Below are positions 1 through 9,326 of a stretch of 36,789 nt of DNA, piece after piece. Below the pieces are notes generated by a model that ran no database searches, was not told the origin of the DNA, and saw only the letters and a program-made list of their open reading frames with translations. Made by a program: the position numbers and the translations under genes. Positions within the stretch are counted from its first letter, which is position 1. Each line of letters begins with the position of its first letter. The stretch is from an uncultured delta proteobacterium (lineage in GTDB: Bacteria > Desulfobacterota > Syntrophobacteria > BM002): contig CAVQGX010000001.1 in assembly GCA_963712115.1 (NCBI GenBank), positions 1 through 36,789 of the forward strand. The letters are read 5' to 3'.

Positions 1-17
1 TCGAGCAAGACGAGCTT

Positions 18-347
18 GTGATGCTTGAGGATTTCATTCGGCTCGCCAAAGAAGGCGAAGATGTTCGTGTGTCAGTAAAGTTGCGGAAACTGAACATTCC
101 TGTCAAAGTCTATCCGGTGCATACGGAGGAGGGAAAAAGCGAGACGGAATCCTACCTGTTGATTGGTGACTACACCTGTAGCGTCAGGGAAGAAGTCCAA
201 AAAATCCCGAAAGTCTACATGTTTGGCTCCGCCGAGGAGTCCTTAAATGCCACCAAGATGCACAAGAACATTGCCAATGAGCGGTTGAAAAGGGATTACA
301 ACCGACTGAGGGAGGCCAAGATCAAAGTGGAGGAGAAGTATTTCTGA
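18..347 (+). CDS. Hypothetical protein, 109 aa (start GTG18 or ATG21)
   Basis: ORF with protein-like composition. No family recognised. Confidence 0.6.
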   Translation: MMLEDFIRLAKEGEDVRVSVKLRKLNIPVKVYPVHTEEGKSETESYLLIGDYTCSVREEVQKIPKVYMFGSAEESLNATKMHKNIANERLKRDYNRLREAKIKVEEKYF

Positions 348-349
348 TC

Positions 350-523
350 TGGGAGTTGGTGCTATCATGAGATGGGCGAATCTATGGCGTGACTTTTGAT
401 CAAATTTTTTCCATGATGGTAATGGTAATTATGCTAACCACCCTGCTGCCAGCTCTCATATTGAGTTTCTTGCTGAAGCGTCAGGATACGGCGGTTACTC
501 AAACAAATAAAGGCAGGTGGTAG
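350..523 (+). pseudogene. Possible remnant of the C-terminus of a cation:proton antiporter (CPA2-like), or a small membrane peptide
   Basis: Frame 350 reads WELVLS*DGRIYGVTFDQIFSMMVMVIMLTTLLPALILSFLLKRQ...W*. This resembles the last TM helix of Na+/H+ antiporters (IFSxxVxxxxLTTLxxP). Internal TGA at 368. Confidence 0.3.
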
Positions 524-587
524 ATTTGAGCAAGGGCATGGAAAAGCAAGGAGGAGTGCGCAAAAACCTCATGGAGGTAATTTCGCC

Positions 588-1385
588 ATGAAAAGACTGT
601 CAAATTTTGAGGTGGATTATGATTTCTTCTCTGGGGAAAGAGAGGAAGATATGGTTTGGATCAGGTTCAAAGAAAACCTTATCCAGCGCGCCACTCATTT
701 AGAGGCAAAAAATCTCCTTTTTGACTATCTTGATTTCATTGCCAAAAGCGATGAGATAAAAGTTCTTCTTATTGCAGGCTCGCCGAGTAAGGTCGGCCGT
801 GAAGATTATATTAGATTCTACCGTCAAATATTGAAGGTAGAATTTGATGCAAGAGACCTTGCGAGACTATACAATGCAGTTAACCAATTCGTCTTGAAAA
901 TTGTCGGATTTGGCAAACCAATTGTTCACGCCGACAGTGGCAAAGTTATTTCCCTCTATATGAACATCAGCCTTGCCTGTGATTACAGGATAATAGGAGA
1001 TAACTGTATCTTCCAGAATCCCTATCTCGATCTCGGACTAATTCCAAAAGGAGGCGGAGCCTTTTTTCTCTCGCGATTATTGGGCTTCAGCAAGGCATTG
1101 GAGATATTGCTCTCGGATAAGGATATCACCGCGGATGAGGCCTTTAAGCTTGGCATTGTGGACAAGGTCGTTCCTGCGGGTCAACTCAAAGAGGAGGCTC
1201 GAAAGATAGCCCAGGACTTCGCTGGAAAGCCCATTCACTCCCTTTCAGGGATCAAAAGGCTTTTGCGTTGTTGTATGAAAGATTTGGAAGATTGCCTGGT
1301 ATGTGAGAACGAGCTTTTATTACAAATGGTCAGCAGGAACGATTTTACAAGAAAGCTAGTTGAACTTACAGAAGGAGATCACTAG
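588..1385 (+). CDS. Enoyl-CoA hydratase/isomerase (crotonase) superfamily protein, catalytically atypical
   Basis: KPIVHADSG, LACDYRI, DLGLIPKGGGAFFLSRLLG, ITADEAFKLGIVDKVVP. RBS GGAGG at about 573. Confidence 0.85.
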   Translation: MKRLSNFEVDYDFFSGEREEDMVWIRFKENLIQRATHLEAKNLLFDYLDFIAKSDEIKVLLIAGSPSKVGREDYIRFYRQILKVEFDARDLARLYNAVNQFVLKIVGFGKPIVHADSGKVISLYMNISLACDYRIIGDNCIFQNPYLDLGLIPKGGGAFFLSRLLGFSKALEILLSDKDITADEAFKLGIVDKVVPAGQLKEEARKIAQDFAGKPIHSLSGIKRLLRCCMKDLEDCLVCENELLLQMVSRNDFTRKLVELTEGDH

Positions 1386-1453
1386 CAAACCCTTCACCCC
1401 CAGTACTCCATCATTCCAGTATCTAGTATCGAGCATCCAGCCTGCCAGCATTC

Positions 1454-1558
1454 TTTACAGGATGTAAAATTCCCCACTAAATCAGAATGGCAATGTTTTT
1501 TAACTAGTTAATAAATTCAATAACTTATGTGTATCAATCCTCTGGCACATTTATTTCA
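1454..1558 (+). promoter_or_regulatory. Putative sigma54 promoter with upstream palindrome and IHF-like tract
   Basis: TGGCAC-ATTTA-TTTCA at 1543-1558 (-12 box imperfect). TTTACA-N3-TGTAAA at 1454-1468. AT-rich TCAA-N4-TTA between them. Confidence 0.4.
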
Positions 1559-1633
1559 ATACCAGGGTGCAGAGGAAAAGCAAAGGCAGTTGAACTAACT
1601 AGCGCTCATTGGACATGCATTAGGAGGATTGCC

Positions 1634-1894
1634 ATGCAACTATATGCACCTAAGCCCAAGGAAAAGAAAGGGATTAAATACATTGACTGTCCCCTCTATG
1701 GCGACTGCCTTATGGGTGTGGCAAAGTCCAATTGGCAGGCCTGGAGTTGTGATAACTGTCCCAACCTTGAGCTGAAAGTTGTCCGACAGAGAATTCGATA
1801 TATGGCGCCTTATTATCGGCTACTGGCTGAGGTTTACCCGGAATTCAGGCGCAAGTATGAGCCGGTTATGAATTTCCTTCTCAATGAGTATTAA
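1634..1894 (+). CDS. Small Cys-rich hypothetical protein (C-x5-C-x13-C-x2-C)
   Basis: AGGAGG RBS at 1622-1627 favours ATG1634 over GTG1529. Motif DCPLYGDCL...WSCDNC. Confidence 0.7.
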   Translation: MQLYAPKPKEKKGIKYIDCPLYGDCLMGVAKSNWQAWSCDNCPNLELKVVRQRIRYMAPYYRLLAEVYPEFRRKYEPVMNFLLNEY

Positions 1895-1976
1895 GGCTTT
1901 TTTTTCCCAGGCACGGCCACCGGGGTTGATGGGGTGCAAGTTTAGAAAAACTCTCACGATGAAAGGAGGGAGGGTC

Positions 1977-2459
1977 ATGGCAGAAGTAAAAGAGATGGCC
2001 AAATTCGACATGTTCAAACCTTTTTCAGAAAGCCAGTTGGGGGAGGTTGCCAAAATCACCGAAAAGAAAACTTTCAAGCGGTATGCTCACATTTACGAGC
2101 GTGGCAACCCTGCCAAACATCTGTTTGTGGTCAGTAAAGGGCTTGTGAGTTTGAGAAGGATTGAACCGGGAGACGATGTGGGGATTGCCTTTGAAACGCG
2201 AGAGCCAGGGACCTTGTTCGGTGCTGCCTCGTTTATGCAGCCGCAGGAGTACACCCTTACAGCCGTGTGTCTTGAGGACACTGAGGTACTGGCGATTGAT
2301 GCCGATAAGCTGTCCAAACTGTGCGAGAAAGATCCATTACTGGGATACAGGTTGATGCTAAAAATCGCTCAGATCTATTTTGAGCGCTACAAAACCGCCA
2401 AAAGGAGTCTTTATGGCATGGTCCACACTCCGGCGGTTATTACCGCCCTCCCGGGATAA
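1977..2459 (+). CDS. Stand-alone cyclic-nucleotide-binding (Crp/Fnr sensor) domain protein, no HTH
   Basis: IYERGNPAKHLFVVSKGLV, PGTLFGAASF, YTLTAVCLEDTEVLAID. Strong RBS before ATG1977. Confidence 0.85.
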   Translation: MAEVKEMAKFDMFKPFSESQLGEVAKITEKKTFKRYAHIYERGNPAKHLFVVSKGLVSLRRIEPGDDVGIAFETREPGTLFGAASFMQPQEYTLTAVCLEDTEVLAIDADKLSKLCEKDPLLGYRLMLKIAQIYFERYKTAKRSLYGMVHTPAVITALPG

Positions 2460-2540
2460 AAGCGATGGACGTTTTGATCACCGGTGGCCGTGCCTAAAGT
2501 CTTAAATATGGCAGTTGAGACTGGCCAATAACCTTATAAT

Positions 2541-2711
2541 CCCCTCCCCCTTGTCGAAGATCCCGCTACGGAGCGGGGACGGGGGAGGGCTAGCCTGCCC
2601 GTTATCGCGAGCCTGCTCGCTCAGGCCAGGCGGGCGGGGGTGTCCCCCCTCCCCTTTATCCCCTCCTCTCCGAGGCGTAGGCTCTACGAGCCAGAGGCCG
2701 CCAGGGGAGGG
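2541..2711. repeat. REP-like inverted doublet (CCCTCCCC..GGGAGGG family) with three nested mini-palindromes
   Basis: Forward REP at 2541-2642 and reverse REP at 2643-2711. Inserts at 2553-2580, 2594-2635 and about 2667-2698. Confidence 0.75.
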
Positions 2712-2809
2712 AAAAGGGGTTGTTGGTTAGCCTGAAGGTGGGAAGGGAAAATAGGGGACAGGTAAAACCGGGCGAAGGATTACCATTGCCAGAATATCAA
2801 GGAAGCCAA

Positions 2810-3748
2810 ATGTCCATGTCCGAGAAAAGACAAATACTGATAGCGGTGGATGGGTCAGAACATTCGTTAAATGCCACAAGTTATGTGGCAAAGACCTGTC
2901 ATCCGGCGAACCTCAAAGTCACCCTCATGCACGTTATGCCCACAGCACCTGAGACTTTCTGGGATCTGGAAAAAGCCGACTATTTTAAGGCTGAGACCAG
3001 TGGCCACTACCCCAAGTGGAAAGAGGAAAGAAAAGAGGTGGCCCAAACTTTTCTGGCTAAGGCCAAGAGAAGTCTGGTCAAAGCAGGACTGGCGGAGAAT
3101 GAGGTGGGAGTAATCCTTCAAGAAAGGGAAGTCGGCATTGCCAGAGATATTCTAGCACAATCGGCACATGGTTATGACGCGGTCGTTGTGGCCCGCAGAG
3201 GCTTGAGTGAGTTTCAGGAATCCTATCTTGGCAGCGTATCTCAAAAGATCGTGGAGGGAATAAAAGATGTTCCCGTGTGGATAGTGGGCGGAGACATCCG
3301 AGCCAAAAGGATTTTGCTGGCGGTGGACGCTTCCGAAAATTCTCGCAGGGCGGTGGACTATGTTGGGTCAATTGCTGCCGAAACTAAAGCGGAGTTTACC
3401 CTATTCCACGTGGTGCGACGGTTTAGCTTTCTGGATGACCACACCCTGCAAGACCATGAGATAGAAGGATTTTGGGAAGAGGTCAAGAAGGACATTCCCC
3501 GAATGTTTCGTTTCTACAAGGAGAATCTTGAGAGAGCCGGGGTGGATGGGGCAAGAATTTCGACCAGAGCTAACCTGGACAGTGACAGCCGGGCAATGGA
3601 TATTCTCCAGGAGGCCACAGAAGGGGGCTACGGCACCATTGTAATGGGCCGCAGGGGATTATCCAAAGTGCGCGAGTTCCTCTTGGGTCGAGTCACTAAC
3701 AAGGTACTCCAACGGGCTGAAAAGTTTGCCGTATGGATTGTGCCTTGA
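2810..3748 (+). CDS. Tandem-domain universal stress protein
   Basis: Two USP domains: ILIAVDGSEHS...LGSVSQKIV and ILLAVDASENS...GRRGLS..LGRVTNKV. Start ATG2810 or ATG2816. Confidence 0.92.
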   Translation: MSMSEKRQILIAVDGSEHSLNATSYVAKTCHPANLKVTLMHVMPTAPETFWDLEKADYFKAETSGHYPKWKEERKEVAQTFLAKAKRSLVKAGLAENEVGVILQEREVGIARDILAQSAHGYDAVVVARRGLSEFQESYLGSVSQKIVEGIKDVPVWIVGGDIRAKRILLAVDASENSRRAVDYVGSIAAETKAEFTLFHVVRRFSFLDDHTLQDHEIEGFWEEVKKDIPRMFRFYKENLERAGVDGARISTRANLDSDSRAMDILQEATEGGYGTIVMGRRGLSKVREFLLGRVTNKVLQRAEKFAVWIVP

Positions 3749-3783
3749 CTTAGCCCTAGAAGAACATTTTCGCTAAGGGATAT

Positions 3784-5058
3784 ATGAACGGAGTAGATCA
3801 AAGGATGCTTTTCTCTGACAAATATGTAAGCGTCAAGTATGTCAGGTCCTCTTTGAAGAAGAGAAATGAAGCCCTTTCCGCCCTGCTGGAGCTGAGCAAT
3901 TTTCTCTCGGCTGCCATGGAATTTGAGCCTCTTTTGAAAGGTGCCCTTGCCATCGTTTTGAAGCACTTTGACCTGGACTCGGGTCGCATCTACTTGATGG
4001 AACCGAAGGAGCAAATCCTTGTCCTGGCTGCTCACAAGGGGCTGGACGTCTCGGGTCTGGAGAGAGTTCGGCTGGAAGACAGTTTTTCGGGCAAATCAGC
4101 CCGAAGCAAATCCTTCATTGCCCAGCATGTTTCGGAACTTGTCAGCGAGGAACGAGCGGAGCTTTTAGCTCTCAAGGGGCTGAAGATCATAATTTGCGTA
4201 CCCTTCATTGTTAGGGACCGAGTAGAGGGAGTCATGAACCTGGGATCAAAGAAAGTGATCAAGCTGGGTCAGGAAGAGATAGACCTGCTCATGACCATGG
4301 GACACCAGATCGGGGTGGCAAGTAGTAACGCTAGAATTTATAGGGACTTACAAGAAAAGCTAAGAGAAGTTCAGGAAAAAAAGGAGACCATCAAATTTTT
4401 CGCTTACTCCGCCTCCCACGATCTGAAAAGCCCTGCCATCGGTTTGTGTGGCCTGATGGAGAGGTTCTATAGGCAGTATGGCGACTTGCTGGATGACACG
4501 GGGAGACTTTACTGCAAGACGATCCTGAAGACGGCAGCCCAGATAGCCACTCTGGCCGAGCAGATTAACTCCTATATCGCCGCCAGAGAACTACCGTTAA
4601 GCATTGGCAAGGTGAATATGGAGGAAATGTTGACTCAGCTCAGGCAAGAATTCGACCACCCTTTACGAGAGCGGAATGTGGCCTTGCTGGAGCCATCTTT
4701 TTTTCCCGAAATCATGGGTGATGAACTCCGGCTAACCAGGGCTTTTAGAAATCTGCTGGACAATGCTCTGAAATACGGGGGAGAGGGACTCAGTGAAATT
4801 CGGTTTGCTTACGAGGAAAGCGAATACCATCACGTTTTCTCCGTCACTGACAATGGGGTGGGGATCAAAGAGGAAGATATCAAAAGGCTGTTTCACTTCT
4901 TTCAACGTTTGGAGACCTCAAGCCATACCGAGGGTTCGGGTATGGGACTGGCCATTGCCAAGGAGGCGGCGAAAAAGCACCTGGGTGATGTGTGGGTCGA
5001 ATCCGCGCCCCACAGGGGAGCAACATTCTATCTGTCCATTTCAAAGAGATTGAAATGA
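3784..5058 (+). CDS. GAF-domain sensor histidine kinase
   Basis: GAF domain, H-box SHDLKSP, N-box NLLDNALKY, G1 DNGVGI, G2 GSGMGLAI. Confidence 0.93.
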   Translation: MNGVDQRMLFSDKYVSVKYVRSSLKKRNEALSALLELSNFLSAAMEFEPLLKGALAIVLKHFDLDSGRIYLMEPKEQILVLAAHKGLDVSGLERVRLEDSFSGKSARSKSFIAQHVSELVSEERAELLALKGLKIIICVPFIVRDRVEGVMNLGSKKVIKLGQEEIDLLMTMGHQIGVASSNARIYRDLQEKLREVQEKKETIKFFAYSASHDLKSPAIGLCGLMERFYRQYGDLLDDTGRLYCKTILKTAAQIATLAEQINSYIAARELPLSIGKVNMEEMLTQLRQEFDHPLRERNVALLEPSFFPEIMGDELRLTRAFRNLLDNALKYGGEGLSEIRFAYEESEYHHVFSVTDNGVGIKEEDIKRLFHFFQRLETSSHTEGSGMGLAIAKEAAKKHLGDVWVESAPHRGATFYLSISKRLK

Positions 5059-5110
5059 ATAGAAAGTCATTACAAGAAGAAGGAACCATATTTTAGAGAA
5101 GGAGTACGGT

Positions 5111-5563
5111 ATGGAATTCGCCAAGAAAATCCTATTTCCAGTTGATCTGTCAGAGGTCTCTCCAAAAATAGCACCTTACGTTAAAGAGGTTGCTTCGAAG
5201 TTTGGCGCCGAGGTTCATTTAGTCTTTGTGGCCCGAATCCTAGAGCACTTCACCAGTATCTACGTGCCACATCCCTCTGTGAGGAACTTTGAAGCCGAAA
5301 TAGTAAAAGGTGCGGAGAGGAAACTGGACGAGTTCGTAAAGGACCACTTCCGAGGTGTTTCCCCCAAGGCACAGGTTATCTTGGGCGACGCCGCTGAAGA
5401 GATTCTGAAATACGTGCGCTCCGAAGGTATTGACCTGGTAATAATGGGAACGCATGGAAGAAAAGGTCTGGAGAAGATAGTGTTCGGAAGCGTTGCCGAG
5501 AGGGTGGTACAGAAATCCCCGGTGCCGGTTTTGACCATAAATCCCTATGGCAAGGCGGTATAA
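5111..5563 (+). CDS. Single-domain universal stress protein
   Basis: KILFPVDLSE...DLVIMGTHGRKG..FGSVAERVVQKSPVPVL. RBS AGGAG. Confidence 0.95.
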   Translation: MEFAKKILFPVDLSEVSPKIAPYVKEVASKFGAEVHLVFVARILEHFTSIYVPHPSVRNFEAEIVKGAERKLDEFVKDHFRGVSPKAQVILGDAAEEILKYVRSEGIDLVIMGTHGRKGLEKIVFGSVAERVVQKSPVPVLTINPYGKAV

Positions 5564-5606
5564 AGGCAAAGCCAAATGGTCCCTGATATTGTCAAAGGAG
5601 CAGTCT

Positions 5607-6566
5607 ATGAGTGAGAAGAGAAGACTGTTGATAGCTTTGGACGGCTCAGAGCAGTCTTTTGAGGCGGTCCGTTACGCAAGCCAGGTGCTTCCGCCGGAGA
5701 AGATGAAAGTGGTCCTTTTTCACGTACAGAGCAAGATCCCGGAGAGTTTCTGGGATATAGAGAAAGACCCTTCCTTCAGGCATAGACTGGCGCCGGTAGC
5801 AGCCTGGGCCATGCAACAAGAAAAGGCCATGGAAGAATTTATGGAAAGGTCTCGACAACTCTTGGTGGATCAGGGTGTGCTCCGGGAAGCGGTGGATGTC
5901 AAGATTCAGGATAGAGAGGTTGGCATAGCCAGAGACATCGCCAGGGAAGCGCAAAAAGATTATGACGCAGTGGTTTTGGGACGCTGGGGGATGAGTAAGA
6001 TCAAGGATCTCGTTTGGGGGAGCATTGCGAGCAAACTCGTGGGGCACTTGGTGCAGAGCCCTTTGTGGGTAGTTGGTGGATCACCGCAGCCTGGCAAGTA
6101 TCTTCTGGCTATGGACGGATCGGATGAAGCTATGAGGGCTGTGGACTATGTGGGAACCATGCTGGCGGGGAGTGATTGCACGGTAACTCTATTCCATGTC
6201 TTGAGAGGTTTCGAGTTCCTGCCCTTGGGTTTCGAGGGGGCTTTTGTACCGAGCCCGGAAGTCTTGGGCGGTGAAGAAATCAAGGCCGAATTTCAGCGGG
6301 CGGAGGAAGCCATAAAAACCGTTTGCAATCAGGCCATAGATAGGCTGGAGCAAGCTGGTCTCAAGGGGGATCAGATAAACACCAAAATTGTTACCGGTGC
6401 CGCCAGCAGGGCGAAAGCCATTGTTGAAGAGGCCAAAAACGAGGGCTATGGCACCATCGTTGTGGGTCGCAGGGGCCTTTCAAGGGTGGAGGAATTCTTT
6501 ATGGGGCGGGTAAGCAGCAAAGTCATACAGCTGGCTAAAGAAATGGCGGTTTGGGTTGTGGGGTAG
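5607..6566 (+). CDS. Tandem-domain universal stress protein (paralog of 2810..3748)
   Basis: Two USP domains. Shares MSEKR, PExFWD, EREVGIARDI and GRRGLS-type blocks with the paralog. RBS AAGGAG before ATG5607. Confidence 0.92.
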   Translation: MSEKRRLLIALDGSEQSFEAVRYASQVLPPEKMKVVLFHVQSKIPESFWDIEKDPSFRHRLAPVAAWAMQQEKAMEEFMERSRQLLVDQGVLREAVDVKIQDREVGIARDIAREAQKDYDAVVLGRWGMSKIKDLVWGSIASKLVGHLVQSPLWVVGGSPQPGKYLLAMDGSDEAMRAVDYVGTMLAGSDCTVTLFHVLRGFEFLPLGFEGAFVPSPEVLGGEEIKAEFQRAEEAIKTVCNQAIDRLEQAGLKGDQINTKIVTGAASRAKAIVEEAKNEGYGTIVVGRRGLSRVEEFFMGRVSSKVIQLAKEMAVWVVG

Positions 6567-6676
6567 ATAATTGTTTGCCTCACTCCTAAAAATTACCCAA
6601 AAGTGGTTTGACCAAAAATGGGTAAAAATGTGGATAGAGGGGGATTTTAAAGCGCGAGGAGAACGGCCACAGTTGC

Positions 6677-7858
6677 TTACACTCTGAGTTTTTCACTCTT
6701 GAAAGCGTAGGCCGCGATTATGCCGATAAGAAAGGCGACGCCCAGATTGGTGGCCAGGGCTATGCCCAGCATCAACAGGGCAACGAACAAATCCTTGCGA
6801 TCCCGGAGGTCCTGGATCATGAGGGCGAGCTGCAACCCGGCAAAGACCAGCAGGACCCCCAGCAGGGAGAAGGGCAGCAGTTTCAAAACGGCGACAATAT
6901 TCTCGCCAAAGATCAGGGCAAGGAACACGAATATCCCGCCAATAATCACATTGGAACCAGCCGTTCGGGCACCGAAACGGTAGTGGGCCGCCAATCCCCC
7001 AGCCCCGTGACACATGGGGATTCCCCCAAAGAAAAAAGAAACAATGTCCGCCAACCCCTGACTGTTGGCCATACTCCTGTAGGTAGCTCGTTTTGCCCGC
7101 TCACCAAAATATTCGTGGGTTATGTCGGTGTTGGAGATGATGGCGTTGCCAATGGTCATTGGAATTTGGGGCAAGACCAGAATCGGAAGCACCCAGAGAA
7201 GATCGTCCACAGAGGGCCAGCCGTAAGGAATCGGTTTTGGCAAGTGGATACCCCAGTTGAAACCTGCTGCATTTATAGGCTTTCCGATAAAAATCCCGAG
7301 AATAATCCCTGAGACAACAAGAACCAGAGCGGCTGGGAGTTTTTTGTTGTCCAGGAGCAGGAGGGTCAAAAAAAGACCGGCTGTTCCCAGGATGATGCTC
7401 ATGCTTACCGGACCGATGGCCTGAATAGCCAGGTTAGGGTCGGGTTCAATTATAAGCTTCAAGCCTTTGATCATGAGCACCACACCAACTCCCAGCTGCA
7501 CACCTCGCACCGTGCTCTTCGGGGTATACTTGCCGATCAACTGAATTAGCCCGGTGATGCCCAAGAAAAGGATAAAGATGCCCATCCACAGGCTCGACGA
7601 AACTATCTGGGTTGGAGTCAGGCCAGCGGCAATAGCGTAGGCGCCGATCACTTTCATGGGCTGAACCGCCACAGGCACCCCGAAGTAGTGACCTGCCACA
7701 ATGTAGAAAATCCCAATTAAGACAAACACATTGGTGGCGTGGAGTTTATTCAGGAGAATCATGCCAATGGCAAGGGGGAGAAGGGTGCCCAGGTCACCCA
7801 AGGAGCCGGCGACCTCCATGCGATCAAAACGGTATTTTGGCTGGTTCTCCTCTTTCAT
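6677..7858 (-). CDS. Putative molybdate/sulfate transporter (MOT1 family)
   Basis: GSLGDLGTLLP, PVAVQPMK, GGIPMCHGAGGLAAHYRFGART. Polytopic membrane protein. Likely start ATG7858. Confidence 0.85.
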   Translation of the reverse strand: MKEENQPKYRFDRMEVAGSLGDLGTLLPLAIGMILLNKLHATNVFVLIGIFYIVAGHYFGVPVAVQPMKVIGAYAIAAGLTPTQIVSSSLWMGIFILFLGITGLIQLIGKYTPKSTVRGVQLGVGVVLMIKGLKLIIEPDPNLAIQAIGPVSMSIILGTAGLFLTLLLLDNKKLPAALVLVVSGIILGIFIGKPINAAGFNWGIHLPKPIPYGWPSVDDLLWVLPILVLPQIPMTIGNAIISNTDITHEYFGERAKRATYRSMANSQGLADIVSFFFGGIPMCHGAGGLAAHYRFGARTAGSNVIIGGIFVFLALIFGENIVAVLKLLPFSLLGVLLVFAGLQLALMIQDLRDRKDLFVALLMLGIALATNLGVAFLIGIIAAYAFKSEKLRV

Positions 7859-7943
7859 GTCCCTCCATATATACCCGAGCGGACAGCAATGTCTATTTGA
7901 ATGTTGCCTATTCCCCATCCCACGTCCCAAAGACCAAATCTCA

Positions 7944-8060
7944 AGGTGTCAGGTGTCAGGTTTCAGGTGTCAGGGAGGAGAAACACAAAAGCTGAAATCT
8001 GAGTTCTGGATTCTGACTCCTGACTCCTTACCCTATGCCCCATGCTCTATGCCCTATGCC
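7944..8060. repeat. Degenerate heptamer tandem repeats (GGTGTCA / CTGACTC / CCCTATG units)
   Basis: aggtgtcaggtgtcaggtttcaggtgtcagg ... ctgactcctgactcct ... ccctatgccccatgctctatgccctatgc. Confidence 0.75.
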
Positions 8061-8227
8061 GTATCCCACATCGAGCGATTAGCTCTGATTTCGGATTTGA
8101 GGTTTTCCTGCCAGCGGCAGAGAAAACCACAATCAGGTTGACTTTAAAACCTGTTTGCTCTAGGTAAAAGAGAGGTCTTTCCATATATCGCAAGGTGGTT
8201 CTACATCACTATCTGAACAAAGATTAA

Positions 8228-9199
<972 letters not shown>

Positions 9200-9326
9200 A
9201 AAAAAGTTCTTGCGTTTCACCTTTGATATGCTAATCTGACACTGTCATATCAGGGTGAAACATTCGTTTCCACAACACTGGTCAGAAAAACATGGCGCAA
9301 TTCCCATCAACAGGGAGAGTTTAGTT

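Noticed and set aside
2515-2809. ORF 2515..2730 and the N-terminal extension of the USP from 2720
   Set aside because: These are translations of REP palindromes (PSPL..GEG pattern). The USP starts at 2810 or 2816.
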